A stretch of DNA of 54,491 nucleotides, the filler included, from Jimgerdemannia flammicorona (taxonomy: Eukaryota), in the NCBI GenBank assembly GCA_003990765.1. It is 2 parts of 2 records of this genome, joined end to end, with 100 filler letters (N's around TTAATTAATTAA, not from the genome) between each part and the next. Parts side by side here need not be neighbours in the genome. Positions count along the whole stretch, not along the records: positions 1 to 27,202 come from RBNJ01000652.1; 1 more part is not named here. One strand, written 5' to 3'. A program made the translations under genes and the position numbers. Below, one piece after another: positions 1-12,469 of this stretch. Position 1 is the stretch's first letter. Every line of letters begins with the position of its first letter. A model generated the notes under the pieces. That model was given only the letters and a program-made list of their open reading frames with translations, made no database searches and was not told the origin of the DNA.

Positions 1-890
1 ACTCAATGTTCTGTGGATTTTTATTGGAAGGAAACCTAGACTATATAGGCCAAAACCCTCCCCCACCACCTACCAAGCACTGCTCCCCCATGAACCTAGA
101 CTAACTATTGTCCAGCAGCTTGACCATACCAGATACAGCAGGGCCTATGTTGGCCTATACCTCATTTTATATACTATGCTCTTCCTACCACCAGGGAGAA
201 CTCAGCCATATGTCAATAACTGAAAGTGCATGTCCAAAACTCCAATGTATATAAGGTCATGTCTGAGCTGAATAGAAACTAGTCTCTGCCACCCCAAAGA
301 GAATGATAGATAAAGAAAAAACTCTCATCAAAGTACCTTACAGTGGGTAGAGCCTGGTTCTCCCAGATAAGGTAAGTAGAGAACTTATATATGAGATGAG
401 AGAAGACCCCTAATATCCCATTACTCAAGTCTATAGGCCTCAATCATATTGCCATATCAGCTCCCAGTTTCAGTTGAGTGTAGCTAAGATGTCTGAAATG
501 GGTAGCCTTGAGCCCCCCAACTCCCTCCCAATGACCAGGGCCTAATATGTCAAATTGCCAAAAGAAGCTGAGAGTATCACCTACTACCTAACCACTCAGT
601 ACCAATCAAAAGGCCCCACTGAAGCAGCACCTGCCCCAGTCTTGATAACTGCCCCCAGTCTAGTACCCTACTGGTTCATTATCATTGTCCTTCCTCCTAT
701 CTGTAATGGCCATCTCCTCTCCTATCTCAATAATACCTGAAAAGCAGTCACTTATATCAGAACTGTACTTGCTGAGAAGCTTGCCAAAGCCAGAGGGCTC
801 CACTATAGGTACCAAGGATCTGTAGGTAATCTATACTGAGCACTTGACATCCAAGGTTGGCTGACTCCCTATGCAGCCCATGATATACCA
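1..890 (-). pseudogene. Heavily decayed retroelement fragment, possibly the C-terminal part of a different LINE ORF2
   Basis: CpG-depleted. One minus frame reads as Trp/Gly-rich coding sequence broken by TAG/TGA stops, with remnants resembling the L1 C-terminal Cys region (LPYLGEPGSTHCKVL..FFLY...ALLYLVWSSCW). No diagnostic domain is intact. Confidence 0.3.
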
Positions 891-989
891 AGACAATATC
901 TTATTTTTATTTTTTTTTTATTTTTTTTTTTTTTATAGTCTCTTGGACTGCCCTTTATTACCGAATCTATATTATTAACGATATAATGA

Positions 990-3900
990 CACCCACCCCA
1001 TAAACCAATGCCCTGGGGGCCCAACCCCCCACCCTCCACCTCCCCCTGCCCAAGCACCACCCGATCACCCACAACCAGAACCCTCCCACCACTTTTCTGG
1101 GAGATACACTGCACCAAACCCCTGCGGCGCCCCCCACCCAGACCCCAACCCTGCCACCAGCTGTTTAAAATGTCCCACAGCAACCATTCCCACCGTGCTA
1201 CCTTCTCTCCAACCCCAACCCGATGCCCATCCTCAAATACATATACCCAATGCCCTGCCAACCCGACCCATATAGCCAAGGCCCAACTAAGGGTCAGCCA
1301 TTCGTCCCCGACCCCACCCACCAAACGCCGGTGAAGCTCTCCCCATCTCCCCCCTCCCTCCCCTCCCCCAGCCCCCAACCCTAACCTGGCCATTATACAT
1401 TTCCAGAACTCCCCCAGAACCTCACACTTGCCAAGCCAATGTTCAGGCGTTTGTACCACCCCTCCCTCCTGACCAACATTGAAACAATCCTCGCACTCGA
1501 AAACCCCACCATCCACCAAGTGACCAGACCGATAGTTCAGCATCACATTCCGCCAAAGGATCCGCCACCACGCCAACCAGAACTTAGAGGGCAGCCACTG
1601 CCTCACCCTTTTGCTCCAAAGCCAGAGCCCATTCCAATTCCACTCTTCCCCGATTCCAACCCTCTGCCAGGCTTCAGGCCACAGGTCTCCACCTAGGCCT
1701 CGCAGGCACTCCAGACCCTCGCCAAGCTGAAAGTCCTCCACCGGAACACCACCCAAAAGAAGCCTGTCCCATCTCCACATCTGCGGTCCCCAAACCTCCT
1801 CGGCCTCATCTCCTCGCCACCAAAGGCTGATTTTCCTAGCTCCATCCACCGCTCTCTACCAAAAGCCTGTAAACCGCATCCTCTGGCTCCCATCCATGGC
1901 CACCATTGCAAGCAGGTCGCCGGAGCCACCACGTGGGGAGTATCAAACCTCCCACAACCTCTGCATGAGTGGCACCCACTCCCGACCTCTAAGCTCACTC
2001 GCTCTCCTTAGCCACCAGGCCCTCAGACACAAAAGCCGCTTAGTAAAGTCCACTAAGCCCAGTCCACCTCTTTCCAAGGGCAGTGTGAGCACCTCCCAAC
2101 CAATCTGGCTCCGCCGCCCTCTCCAAATCCATGACCTCACCATCTTCAACAACCCCTTAACCACCCACGGTGGGAAATCCAAATGATATCCAACATACCA
2201 CAGCTTTGGCATCCAGTACACATTCAACACCATTACCCTTCCGGCAAGGGACATATGCCGACCTCCCCACCGAATCAAAACATTGCCCCACTCCAGCAGT
2301 TTATGATCCCACCATGCCTGGGGAAGAAGAGATCTGAACACCGAGAAGTAGATCCCCAAGTAGCGCACTGGTTCACCAGCCAGAACCACCGTCCCAATAA
2401 CATCACCTCCTACAATTCCAGCACCCAGCACCAGCATCTCACATTTGTGCCAGTTCAGTTTAGCACCAGAGCCCTGCTCATACCATTCCACTGTCCTCTG
2501 TAACTCTCCAACATCCCCCAAGGAACCCAGTCCGACCACCATGTCATCAGCAAAGGCCCCCACCTTCCAGTTCACCCCTAGAACGTCCAAACCGCCAATC
2601 TTACACCGAATCCTATCCAGTAGTGGCTCCAGGGAAAGGGCATACAATATGAGTGACAAGGGGTCCCCTTGTGGCACCCCATGGCCCAGGGGGAAGGTCA
2701 CCCCCTGGTGGCCATTGATGACCAATGCCGCCTGACTGTCCTCCAAGAGGCTGACCAATGAACCTCGGAACCCCGGGGGGATACTAATCTGCTTCAGCAC
2801 TCCCTCCAGCCATATTCTCCGCACTCTATCATAAGCCATCTCCTGGTCCAGAAACACCAATCTGCCATCCACCCCTGTAGCCCGGGCACCTTCAATCACT
2901 CCATGAACCCAGGCCGTCCCATCTCGAATCAACTGACCTCCGACAAACCCACGTTGCTCCACCCCAAGCACCTGTTGCGCGATCCCTTGCAACCGCAACA
3001 CCACGATCTTCGTCACCAGTTTGCAGTCCATGTCCAGAAGCATGATTGGCTGCCAGTTCTTCCAATCCTCCCTCCTGCCCTTGTTCTTATAAAGCAAGGA
3101 GATCAGCCCCAAGTGCTGTCCCCCAATCCAGGCACCAGACCGTAGAACTTCATCACACATAGCCCTCATTTCCTCTAGTACCTCATGCACCCCTGTCATC
3201 TTCTGCCAAAAATCCCAGGGGAGTCCATCCTCTCCCGGGGCTGTCCCTTTACTCGTAGATGCCACCACCTTGCAAATCTCCTCGCCACTCACTGGGTCCC
3301 CCAACGCCCCAAGTCCAACTGCAGGGTCCGGGTGCCAATCCCCCAGCTGCCTGTCAATGTCCAGAGCATCCAGTCCCCCTTCATCCTCACTCCAAAGGTT
3401 CCCCCACTGGGATCGCAATAGTTCCAAAATCGCCAGGGTCCCCATCACCAGCTCACCATCATCGTCCAAAACTCCCTCCCACCACTGCCTCGTTCGTCGT
3501 GCTCGTAACAACCGTGACAAGAACCTGGTAGGTCTCTCCCCTTCCTCAAGCCCCTGCCATCGTAAGCGGGCCACCATCCCCTGTAGTTGTTCCTCTTCCT
3601 CCCTTCGTAGCACCCCTTTGAGCTCCTCCACCTCCTGCCGGATTCTTGCAATATGCCAATCAGTCTCGGCCCTGTCCTCCAGCACACCCGCCCATCTCTC
3701 CGTGAGTGCCGCCAAATGCCGTGAGGCCCACATCACCCATCGCCTTTGCTGAGCACTCTTTCCTTTCCCCGCTTCCCTCCAATACCCCTGAGCCTTCACC
3801 TTCAGCCTCCTCCAGCAGTCCCCAATTGCCAGTCCTCGATCCTGCTACTTGCCGATATCTCCAACCACCTCTATCTCCCAACCCTCCCACAATGTCCTAT

Positions 3901-4663
3901 CCTCCAACAAGGAAGAGTTTAGCCGCCAATGTCCGGGCCCATCCTCATTTCCCCCAAACCTCCCCCCTCCAAGCAACCCCCAGTGATCAGACCATGGACA
4001 CCATATGACTCCCAGCACCGTCCAGACATCCACTCCCCAACACTCTGCTGTAAGAACCCAGTCAATCCTAGAGCCCAGTCCTGCTGCCCAATGGGTATAC
4101 ACCCGCCGATCTGCCCAAAAATGTCTCCCTGAGTCCACTAAAGAGCACAATCTTTCCATCTCCAACCAGTCCGCTAACCCACCACTCTCACCCCGCATGC
4201 CTCTCCCTCCATCAGTTCTGTCCAACTCCTTATCTCGTACCATGTTGAAGTCCTCCCCCATACAGTCAAACCCAATTTCTCCCAATAATCCATCCTCTTT
4301 CAATCTGCGAATCCAATCCACCCTCTCCCCTCTCTCAGCCAGGCAGTAGTAAGACCCAACCATCAGCAAGCCCCATCCAGGCCTTTTCCATACTCCCCAC
4401 ACCACACGCGACCCCCAATGTCCAATGTCCCCAATGTCCCCCATCCCTTTCCGAACAAGAATACCCACTTTCCCCCTCCAAACTGCTGCACCCCCCCATT
4501 CCTTAGTCCAATCCTGTAAATCCACATCTGCCTCATACCGAACATCCTGTAACAAGAAGAGGTCCGCATCTAGATCCCGAAGCCAACCAAAAATGTACTT
4601 CCTCCTAGCCGCCCCCCATAGCCCATTAATGTTCAATGAGAATATCCTAGTTGTACTGTTCAT
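990..4663 (-). pseudogene. LINE ORF2 (AP-endonuclease / reverse transcriptase / Cys-His domain), disrupted
   Basis: MNSTTRIFSLNINGL, LFLLQD, EDFN, SRIDW, SDH (APE); APGEDG, WQPIMLL, EQRGF, FLDQEMAYDRV, GVPQGDPLS, AFADD, YLGI (RT); CEDC...EHWLGKC. Split over ORFs 3845-4693, 1943-3799 and 869-1849 by stops and frameshifts. 3' end approximate. Confidence 0.92.
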
Positions 4664-4694
4664 ATTGAGTAGATATTGTAGAGGAGACCCCAAT

Positions 4695-6611
4695 CTATAA
4701 TTCCATGCTCATCTCATCCCTCGCCAAGTCCAAGAGCCGCTCAGCTTCCAATTCACCCTCCGCAATATCCCAAGCATCCAGTGCCCCCAAGATTTCCTAA
4801 TACTCCACCCTGTCCACCTCCTCCATATCCGCCCTGTAATCCAAGCAAACTGCGCGCCACTTCTCCAGTCCCTTCCTCGAGTTCCACAAGACAAGTGCCC
4901 TATCGCTCGCAATCCTTCTAAGCTCCTCCTCTCGCTGATCATCAACCTGATACTCAACAGACTCCAGGAGGACCGCCAGGATCTCATTCCTCATCTTCCT
5001 CGGCACCTCTTCCCAACGTAGAATCTCTTCCCAGTGCCTCTCCTCCATCACCCTGAAATCCTCACCCCCCAGCTCCTCAGCCGCTACCCCTTCCAGAGTC
5101 TTCCACATCCACTTCTCCTCATCTACCACCTCTGCCACCCCCTGAGCAATTTGTCCCCCATCCACCTCAGGGTCCACCAGCACACTCCTCCTCACTGACT
5201 CATCCCACTCCTCATCCGGCACATCCATTAGCTCCTCCTCGCCTCCTGCCCCATTTGGAACACTATACTGAAGGTGTCCACCTTCTCCCATTTCAGCATC
5301 CACCTCTAAGTTATCCTCCCTCCCCTCCCCGACTCCAATTTGAGCCCCGCCCTGGGCCATCTCACCCCCTTCAGCCCAGGCGCTCTCCTGCAACCCTGTG
5401 GCCCCCTCCTCAGAGCTTCCACCAGTCCTACCCCTGCCCATCTTCGCCAACAGCTCCTTCTGGATCCTCCTCCCCTGCATCTTCTCCCAGGCCCCCTTCT
5501 CCATTCAAACCCTCTTCCCATCCACCTCCCCCACCACCATCCTGGCCTCAAACTCCTTCCAGGCCAATCTCCTCCTCGCAACTGCCCCTTCCAGGTCCTC
5601 CAGAGCCTCCAATAGGTCCTCCTCCTCCTCCTGAGTCCCCTTCACCCTGGTGACCTTACACTCCACTGGTCCCCACCTCAATGCCGCTGGCCAGTTCCTT
5701 GACTTCCCTGTATTCTCCTTTCCAGCCAGTCTCACCCTGACATCAACATCTCCAGTTCTAAGCTCCATGCCCTCTCAGACCTTGAACCCAACATCCACAA
5801 TCTCACCATACTCCTTGATCGCCTCCACAACCAACTCCCTGGTCCATTCCTTCGACACCGTAGGAAGGTCCAACACCGTCAACTGCACCACCCGGGGGTC
5901 CCAGCGCATACACTGGGCCATAGGGACCATGACCCCGCCAACCACCACCCCCTTCTCCATAGCTGCCAACAAGGCGTCTTCCTCCTCAAACCCCACTTCG
6001 ACCCCTTCCTTTCCTCTCAAGAACTTCACTGATGCCGCTCCCTTAGCCTCCTGCACCACCAGCCCCAAAATCATTCTCGCTGTCACTGCCAAGCCCCGGA
6101 AGCACATCGTGACCACGAATTCGGACCTCGACTTCTTGAGTAACAGGGCCGACACCATGCCTGTCACCCCATCTGCCAGGTCCCCGGGTCTCGTACCCCC
6201 TCCAAGCCCCAAATTGCCAACCACCGTCACATCTGGATTTTTTGCCAGATCCCCAGTCACAGCCCCATCAACCATCACATCTCCAGCCCCTACTCCAGCC
6301 CCTTCCCTACCACCAGAAGTACCCCGGGGTGCACCTCCCTGACCCCCAGCAGTAGCCATCGATGCCTTCCCCAGGCCCAGCCAACTATTCAGCCCAGAAG
6401 CCATCTTCTCCATCCTGACCTTGTCAGCAAAGGTCATCCTCTCCCCTCCTCGCTGCCGCAGACCACCCCTCCCTCTGCCACTGGGGCCGTGGCCAGCCAT
6501 CGAGGCCCCTGGCATCCCCAAACCATCTCCCCTCTGCCCCACCTACTGCCAGCCAAAGGTGCCATCACCCCCCTGGCCAGTATGCTCACCAGATCGATCG
6601 TTGCCGTCCAT
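4695..6611 (-). pseudogene. LINE ORF1 (Gly-rich N-terminus, RRM-like domain, acidic helical C-terminus), ~638 codons with in-frame stops
   Basis: ATG at 6611 and TAG at 4697-4695 are in frame with ORFs 5775-6542, 5505-5768 and 4797-5504. RRM-like segment VVQLTVLDLP...IKEYGEIVDVGF. Homologous to 19011-21065. Confidence 0.85.
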
Positions 6612-6677
6612 GTTGTTAGTCGTCAGGCACCAAAAACATTGTAAAAGATGTTGTCTGAGTCTTGTGTCACCCAAATA

Positions 6678-9600
6678 TTACTGGTGAAAGGGGTGAGTTC
6701 AAATCTTACTTATCAATCAGAAGAATCAAGACTATATAGTTAAGGAAGAAGACTGAGTTACATAAATAATCTTAGAAAATGCCAGTTAACCCAAGATTAT
6801 AAAAGTCTAAAAACTATTTGAAACTAAGTAAGACTAGAAAGGATTTAGTAGTACTGATCAAGTAGTAAGTCTTACTGAAAACTGAGCTCAAGTCATACTT
6901 ATTTTTAAAGGTCTAGTTAAAGAGAAAGAAGTTGAAGTACTCATAGATAGCAGAGCTACAAAAAACTTTATCAACTAGAACCTTATTAAAAATCTCAAGA
7001 TTCTCATCAAGCCTATATTCAAGAATAATAGTATAGTTATTATAGATAATATACTATATTCCATCAAGTCAATTGTTGCCAAACTACTCATCAAGATCTA
7101 GAAATATTCAGAATAAGTGAACTTTGAGATTATACTACTAGGAGATTATAATCTGATCTTAGAAAATCTCTGGCTTATCAAATATAATCCAAACATTGAT
7201 TGATATAAGAATAAAGTTACTTTACTTAAAGATAGAGTTAATATCACTATCAAGATAGATAAGACTATGAGCAAAATCCAGATTACAATATTATCAGTAA
7301 TATAATATAAGAAAGTACTCAAGAAGATAGTATATACCTTTGTTACAATTATCTGTCCCAAGAAATAAAATAAAAAGCTATCAATTAATAAAAGTATCAA
7401 GTTGTTACTTGAAGAATTTAAAGATATCTTTCTAGAAAAGCTATCTGATCTATCATCTGTATGAGAAGTTAATTATGAAATTGAACTGATCCCAGAAGTC
7501 ATACTACTCAAAAAATACATATACTGTATATTATCTCTTAAAATTGAAGTAGTCAAAAAGAAACTAGAAGAGTTACTTGTATAAAGAGCCATTTAACCAA
7601 ACAAATCCCCTTATGGCTCACCAGTCCTATTTATCAAGAAGAAGAATAGTACTCTAAATATATATAGACTACTGAGCACTCAATAAGCTTATAGTTAAGA
7701 ACCAGTATCTACTACTCTTAATTGATCAAATTTTTGATGCTCTCAAGAATACCAAGTACTTTACTAAGTTAAACCTTATATTGGGTTATTACTAAATCTG
7801 AATCAAGTTAGAAGATATTCTTAAGATTATATTTATATGTAACTCTCTTTGGACTCTATAAATTTCTAGTTCTAGTATTTGGTCTTACTAATATACCTAT
7901 CATATTTCAGATCCTCATGAATAAGATATTCAAGAACTAACTATTTATCTTCTTATTAGTATATCTTGATAATATCCTAATCTTTAGTATAACTAAAAAA
8001 GAATACCTCAAATATATCTAAGTAGTTCTGGAAATCTTGTACAAATATAAGCTTTATATAAAGCTTAATAAATATCAATTTTTTAAAAAATAGGTCAAAT
8101 ATCTTAACCACATTGTCTCTGTATAAGAAATTCAAGTAGATCTATACAAGATAGAGGTAATTCAAGAATGGTCTATTCTATCAAACCTTATAGAACTTTG
8201 GTCCTTTCTTGGTCTAGTTGGCTATTACTATCACTTTGTTAGAAACTTCTCTAGTATTGCTGAGCTACTGACTAATCTCATAAGGAAGACCCCTCACTCT
8301 GATCACTATGTACCCTATACCTGTGCCATTTTTTGTCAATAAGTCTTCTAAAAACTCAAGAACTATCTAACTCATACTTCAGTTATGTATAATGCAGATT
8401 CAAGTCTGAAATTTACTGTCATCACTAATATGTTAAATTTTACCATTGAAGTAGTTCTGTTATAAGATGATGACAAAGAATATCACTCTATTTTTTTTGA
8501 GTCGCACAAGTTGGCCCTAGCTAAACAAAAGCTAGCTACTTATGAAAAAGAGCTACTGGTAATAATATATGTACTAGACCACTGGTAATATTATCTAGAA
8601 GATATTGAGTTTGATATTATTACTGACCATCAATCTCTCAAGTATATCAACACCCAACCTATTTTATTATATCTATAAACCAAGTAGAGTCTAAAGCTTC
8701 AAACCTTCAACTTAATAATTATCTATAAGTCTGGAAAAATACTTATAGTACCAGATATCTTATCTGGATGTCCAGACCTCACCACAATTATATAAGTCAC
8801 CCTAGTATCAGAATTTCTAGACCAAATTAGATAAGTTTATAAAGAAGACACTATTACTACTAGAGTCTTCTCAAATAAGTTTAAGGATATATATACCATT
8901 AAGAATAATCTGATCTACTATTAAGACAAAGTCTATCTATCTGATAATATAAATCTATACTATAAGATACTATAAGAATACTATGACTCTCTACTTATCA
9001 GCTATCTTAAAATTGAAAAAACTATTAAGAATATTCAGCACCACTACTATTGGCCAAGTATGGTCAAGAAAATCAAGAACTATATTACTAGCTGTGATCT
9101 CTGTTAGTGCAATAAGTCTATCAACCAAGTACTAGCTAGTTTTCTACAACTACTGTCTATTCTAACTAAGAAATTTAAATAAGTTATAATAAACTTTATA
9201 ACTTAACTACTATGAACTCAATCTGGTGCTGATGCTATTATTATATTTATTAACTACCTAATCAAAACTATGGTTATCAAATCAACTACCACTAATATTA
9301 TCATACTTAAGATTATAAGAATCTTCTTCAAGTCCATCTTTCATCACTATGGCCTACTATGAGTAATTATAAGTAACTGTGACCCCAATTTTATTAGTCA
9401 CTTCTGACAAATTCTCTTCAAGACTCTAGAAATCCAATTGACCATATCTACTACCTTCTATCTACAAACTAATGGACAAACTAAGTACATGAACAGAACT
9501 CTAGAATAAATACTCAGAAACTATATTTCTTATAAGTAGAATAATTGAGACTATTACTTAACTTATATAAAATTTATATATAATAATGTCATCTAATTAT

Positions 9601-10977
9601 CTACTAGCCATTCTCTCTTTTGGCTACTCTATGGTCAAGATTCCAAGACTTTTGCAAGTTTGATCTCTTATAGGAAAAGTAGTTAAATATGTATAAGTCT
9701 CTATTACCAAGAACCTTATAGATAAGATAGATGAACTACTTAAGATTGCTATTGTGAATCTTCAGAAAGCCCAATAATATCAAGTCAAGTATGCTAATAA
9801 GAAATACTGAAATATCATCTATACTATTAGTGATCAAGTCCTACTGTCTACTAAAAATCTCAAGATATAATCTCAAGTTAACTGCTTATTAAATAAATTT
9901 CAACTCAAGTATATTAGACCCTTTAAGAGTACTGAATGAGTCTCAGTATTCTTCTATTATCTCAAGTTATCTGAAACTATAAGAATATATCTAGTTATTT
10001 ATATATCATACCTCAAGACCTAGAACTAGTTATCACTCTATTCTGGTCAAATTTCCAAGCCATCTACCCTTATAATTATTGAAGACTATATTGAGTACAA
10101 AGTTGAGAAAATCCTTAACAAAGGAATCCACTACTATCATTCTGAATATCTGGTCAAGTAGATGGGCTATCTCAAATATGATACTATCTAGAAACTACTT
10201 ATTAATCTCAAGAACTACCAAGATCTAGTTTAAGACTTTGAGGCAAAAATATATTATTCAATTTCTATAGTGACTTCTTTAGATTATTGATGACCTATAG
10301 TAATAACTATATCTTATATATCAGAAGTTTACTTTGGGATCTCAGAACTAGTAGAATATCTAGTAAACAAGAAGTCTACTAAAATGAAGCTACTAGCTAG
10401 ATTCAAACCCCTCTCAGTTAGTTAGTCTGATAATATCTTATATGAGGATAACTAGTTCTCATCAATATACTGATATAAGTTTGAAAAATTTTGGTTGAGC
10501 ATATTTAGTCTTATATAACCTAAGAACTTAATAAGAATATTAGTTTTTAAGAAGAGAGAGATATAATAATTTTATAGTTATATTTTAGTCTTAGTACTTT
10601 TTTCATATTTTTTCTCTAGTCTTTTCTTATCTTTTCTTGAATATTCTATTATATTCTATTACTTTCCAAATACTGAGAAATCTTCTCTTGGCACTAAGTA
10701 TCTTATCTTAGCTAGTATAGAATCTTTTGGAATATTATAGAATTCTATTAGTTATCTTTACTAAGAATCTATTTCTTGGCTTTTCGCTTCTTTTTCAAGA
10801 TTCTTCTAAATCTTTCTTTCAGATATTATATAAATATCCTTATTCTCTACTTAAATAAAGCTCAGAATATTTTCTCCAAGAATCTCTTCAAGAATACTTC
10901 AACCTATAAGTATCTCTTTGAGCTACTTTAGACCTTAGATTTAGCTATTTTCTCTTAAATAAATTAGAACTATTATA
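6678..10977 (+). mobile_element. pol: Ty3/Gypsy chromovirus-like LTR retrotransposon, copy A (5'-truncated, strongly mutated): dUTPase C-terminus, protease, RT, RNase H, integrase, chromodomain, 3' LTR
   Basis: Remnants read on the plus strand: ETK*D*KGFSSTD (dUTPase motif 5), VLIDSRATKNFI (~6937), SPYGSPVLFIKKKN, VYLDNILIFS, FYLQTNGQTK, KYIRPF, YKVEKIL...EYLVK*MGY (chromodomain ~10087-10245). PPT at ~10549-10560. Colinear with copy B. Confidence 0.9.
10562..10977 (+). repeat. 3' LTR of Gypsy copy A
   Basis: Reverse-complement match to LTRs 11996-12459 and 16787-17220. Follows a purine tract. Eroded TG..CA ends (tataat...attata). Confidence 0.85.
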
Positions 10978-10979
10978 GT

Positions 10980-11705
10980 ATATATCAGAATTCTTAGACT
11001 CAACATATTTGTAATACTAAGTCTGATTAACTTGAAATATAAGTACAGTATCTCTACTTAGTCATAAGATCCTGAAAGTAATATTTGAACTTAATCTCAA
11101 TATTAGGTAATTAGAACTTAGAAGCCTCAGTATTAATTTAACTAATTAGATTCAGTACTTCTTCATTGAACTCAAGACTTAGAACTAATAGTCTATAGTA
11201 GATTATCTGTAATATATTAATTCTATCAATATATATTCTTATATATTATAATTTGATAGTAGTAGTGATTTCTCTTATCTATAAGTAATTTTCTCTAGAT
11301 AAAATCTTATAGCAAATATAGACAATCTTACAAAGAACTCAGATCTTAGAACTGATATTATCAATATTAATAGTACTAGTCAAGAATATTTTCAATCTAA
11401 ATACTCTTCAGAATTAAGCTAAAAAAGCTAATAAAATTATCACTGTATAGACTGAGATTTATACTAGCTAAGTGAAATTTAACAAACTTAACAATGAGAT
11501 AATATAAGAAGTATTTAATATATTTATAATACTTAATAAAGAATTTACCTATACTAAAGATATCAAAGAGGAATTTGAAAGACTAATCAGCAGTTATTTC
11601 AATAAGAAATATATCTTAGAATTTATCAAAGCTATAAGTGAATAATTTCTAAATTATTTTCTCAGAGATAGATACTACCAAGCTTAGATCTTTCTAAACT
11701 ATAAG
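10980..11705 (+). mobile_element. Decayed LTR-retrotransposon 5' part (LTR remnant, PBS, gag start)
   Basis: ttataa-tt-TGATAGTAGTAG at ~11247-11266 is an eroded LTR end plus TGGTAGCAGCAG PBS. Downstream sequence is paralogous to 18225-18660. Interrupted at 11705 by a Copia insertion. Confidence 0.65.
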
Positions 11706-11995
11706 TATTGAGATAGTAACTTAATATATTAGTATATAACTTATGCTATTTTATTAGTTTTATATTATTTATCAATAATATATGAAATATATAATCTATA
11801 TAAGTTCAATAAAAGTGATCTCTTTTATAATAAAAGTTATAAGCCCTAGAGCACCAAGTAGCTATAGAAATAAATCACCAATATATACTATAAGTAAACT
11901 CTATAATGAGTCAAGATTGGCTTAGTAATATAGATACATATACTAATTATAAGTATTTCAGTAATAGTGAAAATAGTCTCTATTGTAACTGATAT

Positions 11996-12459
11996 TATAA
12001 TAGTTCTAGTTTCTTTAAGAGGAAGCAGCTAAGTCTAGAAGTTCTAGTTGGCCAAAAGTAGCTCAAAGAGATACTTAAAGGTTCAAGTATTCTTGAAGGA
12101 TTTCTGGAAGAAAATATTCTGAGCTTTATTTAGGCAGAGAACAAGAATATTTATATATGATCTGAAAGAAAGATTCAGAAGGATCTTGGAAAGAAAGAGA
12201 AATATCAAGAAATAGGTTCTCAGCAAAGCTGACTAATACTATTCTACAATGTTCTGAAAGGTTCCATGACTAGCTAAGACAAGATGCTTGGCACCAAGGA
12301 AAGACAAGAATGTTCTAGTGGTGTCTGAATACCAAGAGAAGGTTTCTAAACAAGTAGAAGGTGATGGAACATAGTAGAATGTTCAAGAAATGATAAGAAA
12401 AGACTAACTAAAAGATGCAAAAATATACTAAGACTAAATATGACTATGAAATTGTTACA
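11996..12459 (-). repeat. 3' LTR of Gypsy copy B
   Basis: Direct repeat of 16787-17220 with about 30 extra bp. Begins TGTAAC on the minus strand right after the polypurine tract AAGGAGGGAGGG. Confidence 0.92.
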
Positions 12460-12469
12460 TCCCTCCCTC

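Larger units (their letters stand above)
901..6650 (-). mobile_element. Near full-length non-LTR retrotransposon (LINE, L1/Tx1-like), copy 1
   Basis: ORF1 plus ORF2 (APE endonuclease, RT, C-terminal Cys motif). Poly(A) tail is the T-run at 901-934, with AATAAA on the minus strand at 954-959. 5' end is approximate and no direct TSD was found. Confidence 0.93.

Noticed and set aside
891..6656. agacaatatctt (891-902) versus inverted agacaacatctt (6645-6656) as LINE boundary repeats
   Set aside because: Inverted rather than direct, so not a TSD. Short enough to be chance.
1008..6687. Many Pro/Ser-rich plus-strand ORFs (and the minus-strand equivalents at 18950-22830)
   Set aside because: Antisense shadows of the G-rich LINE coding strand.
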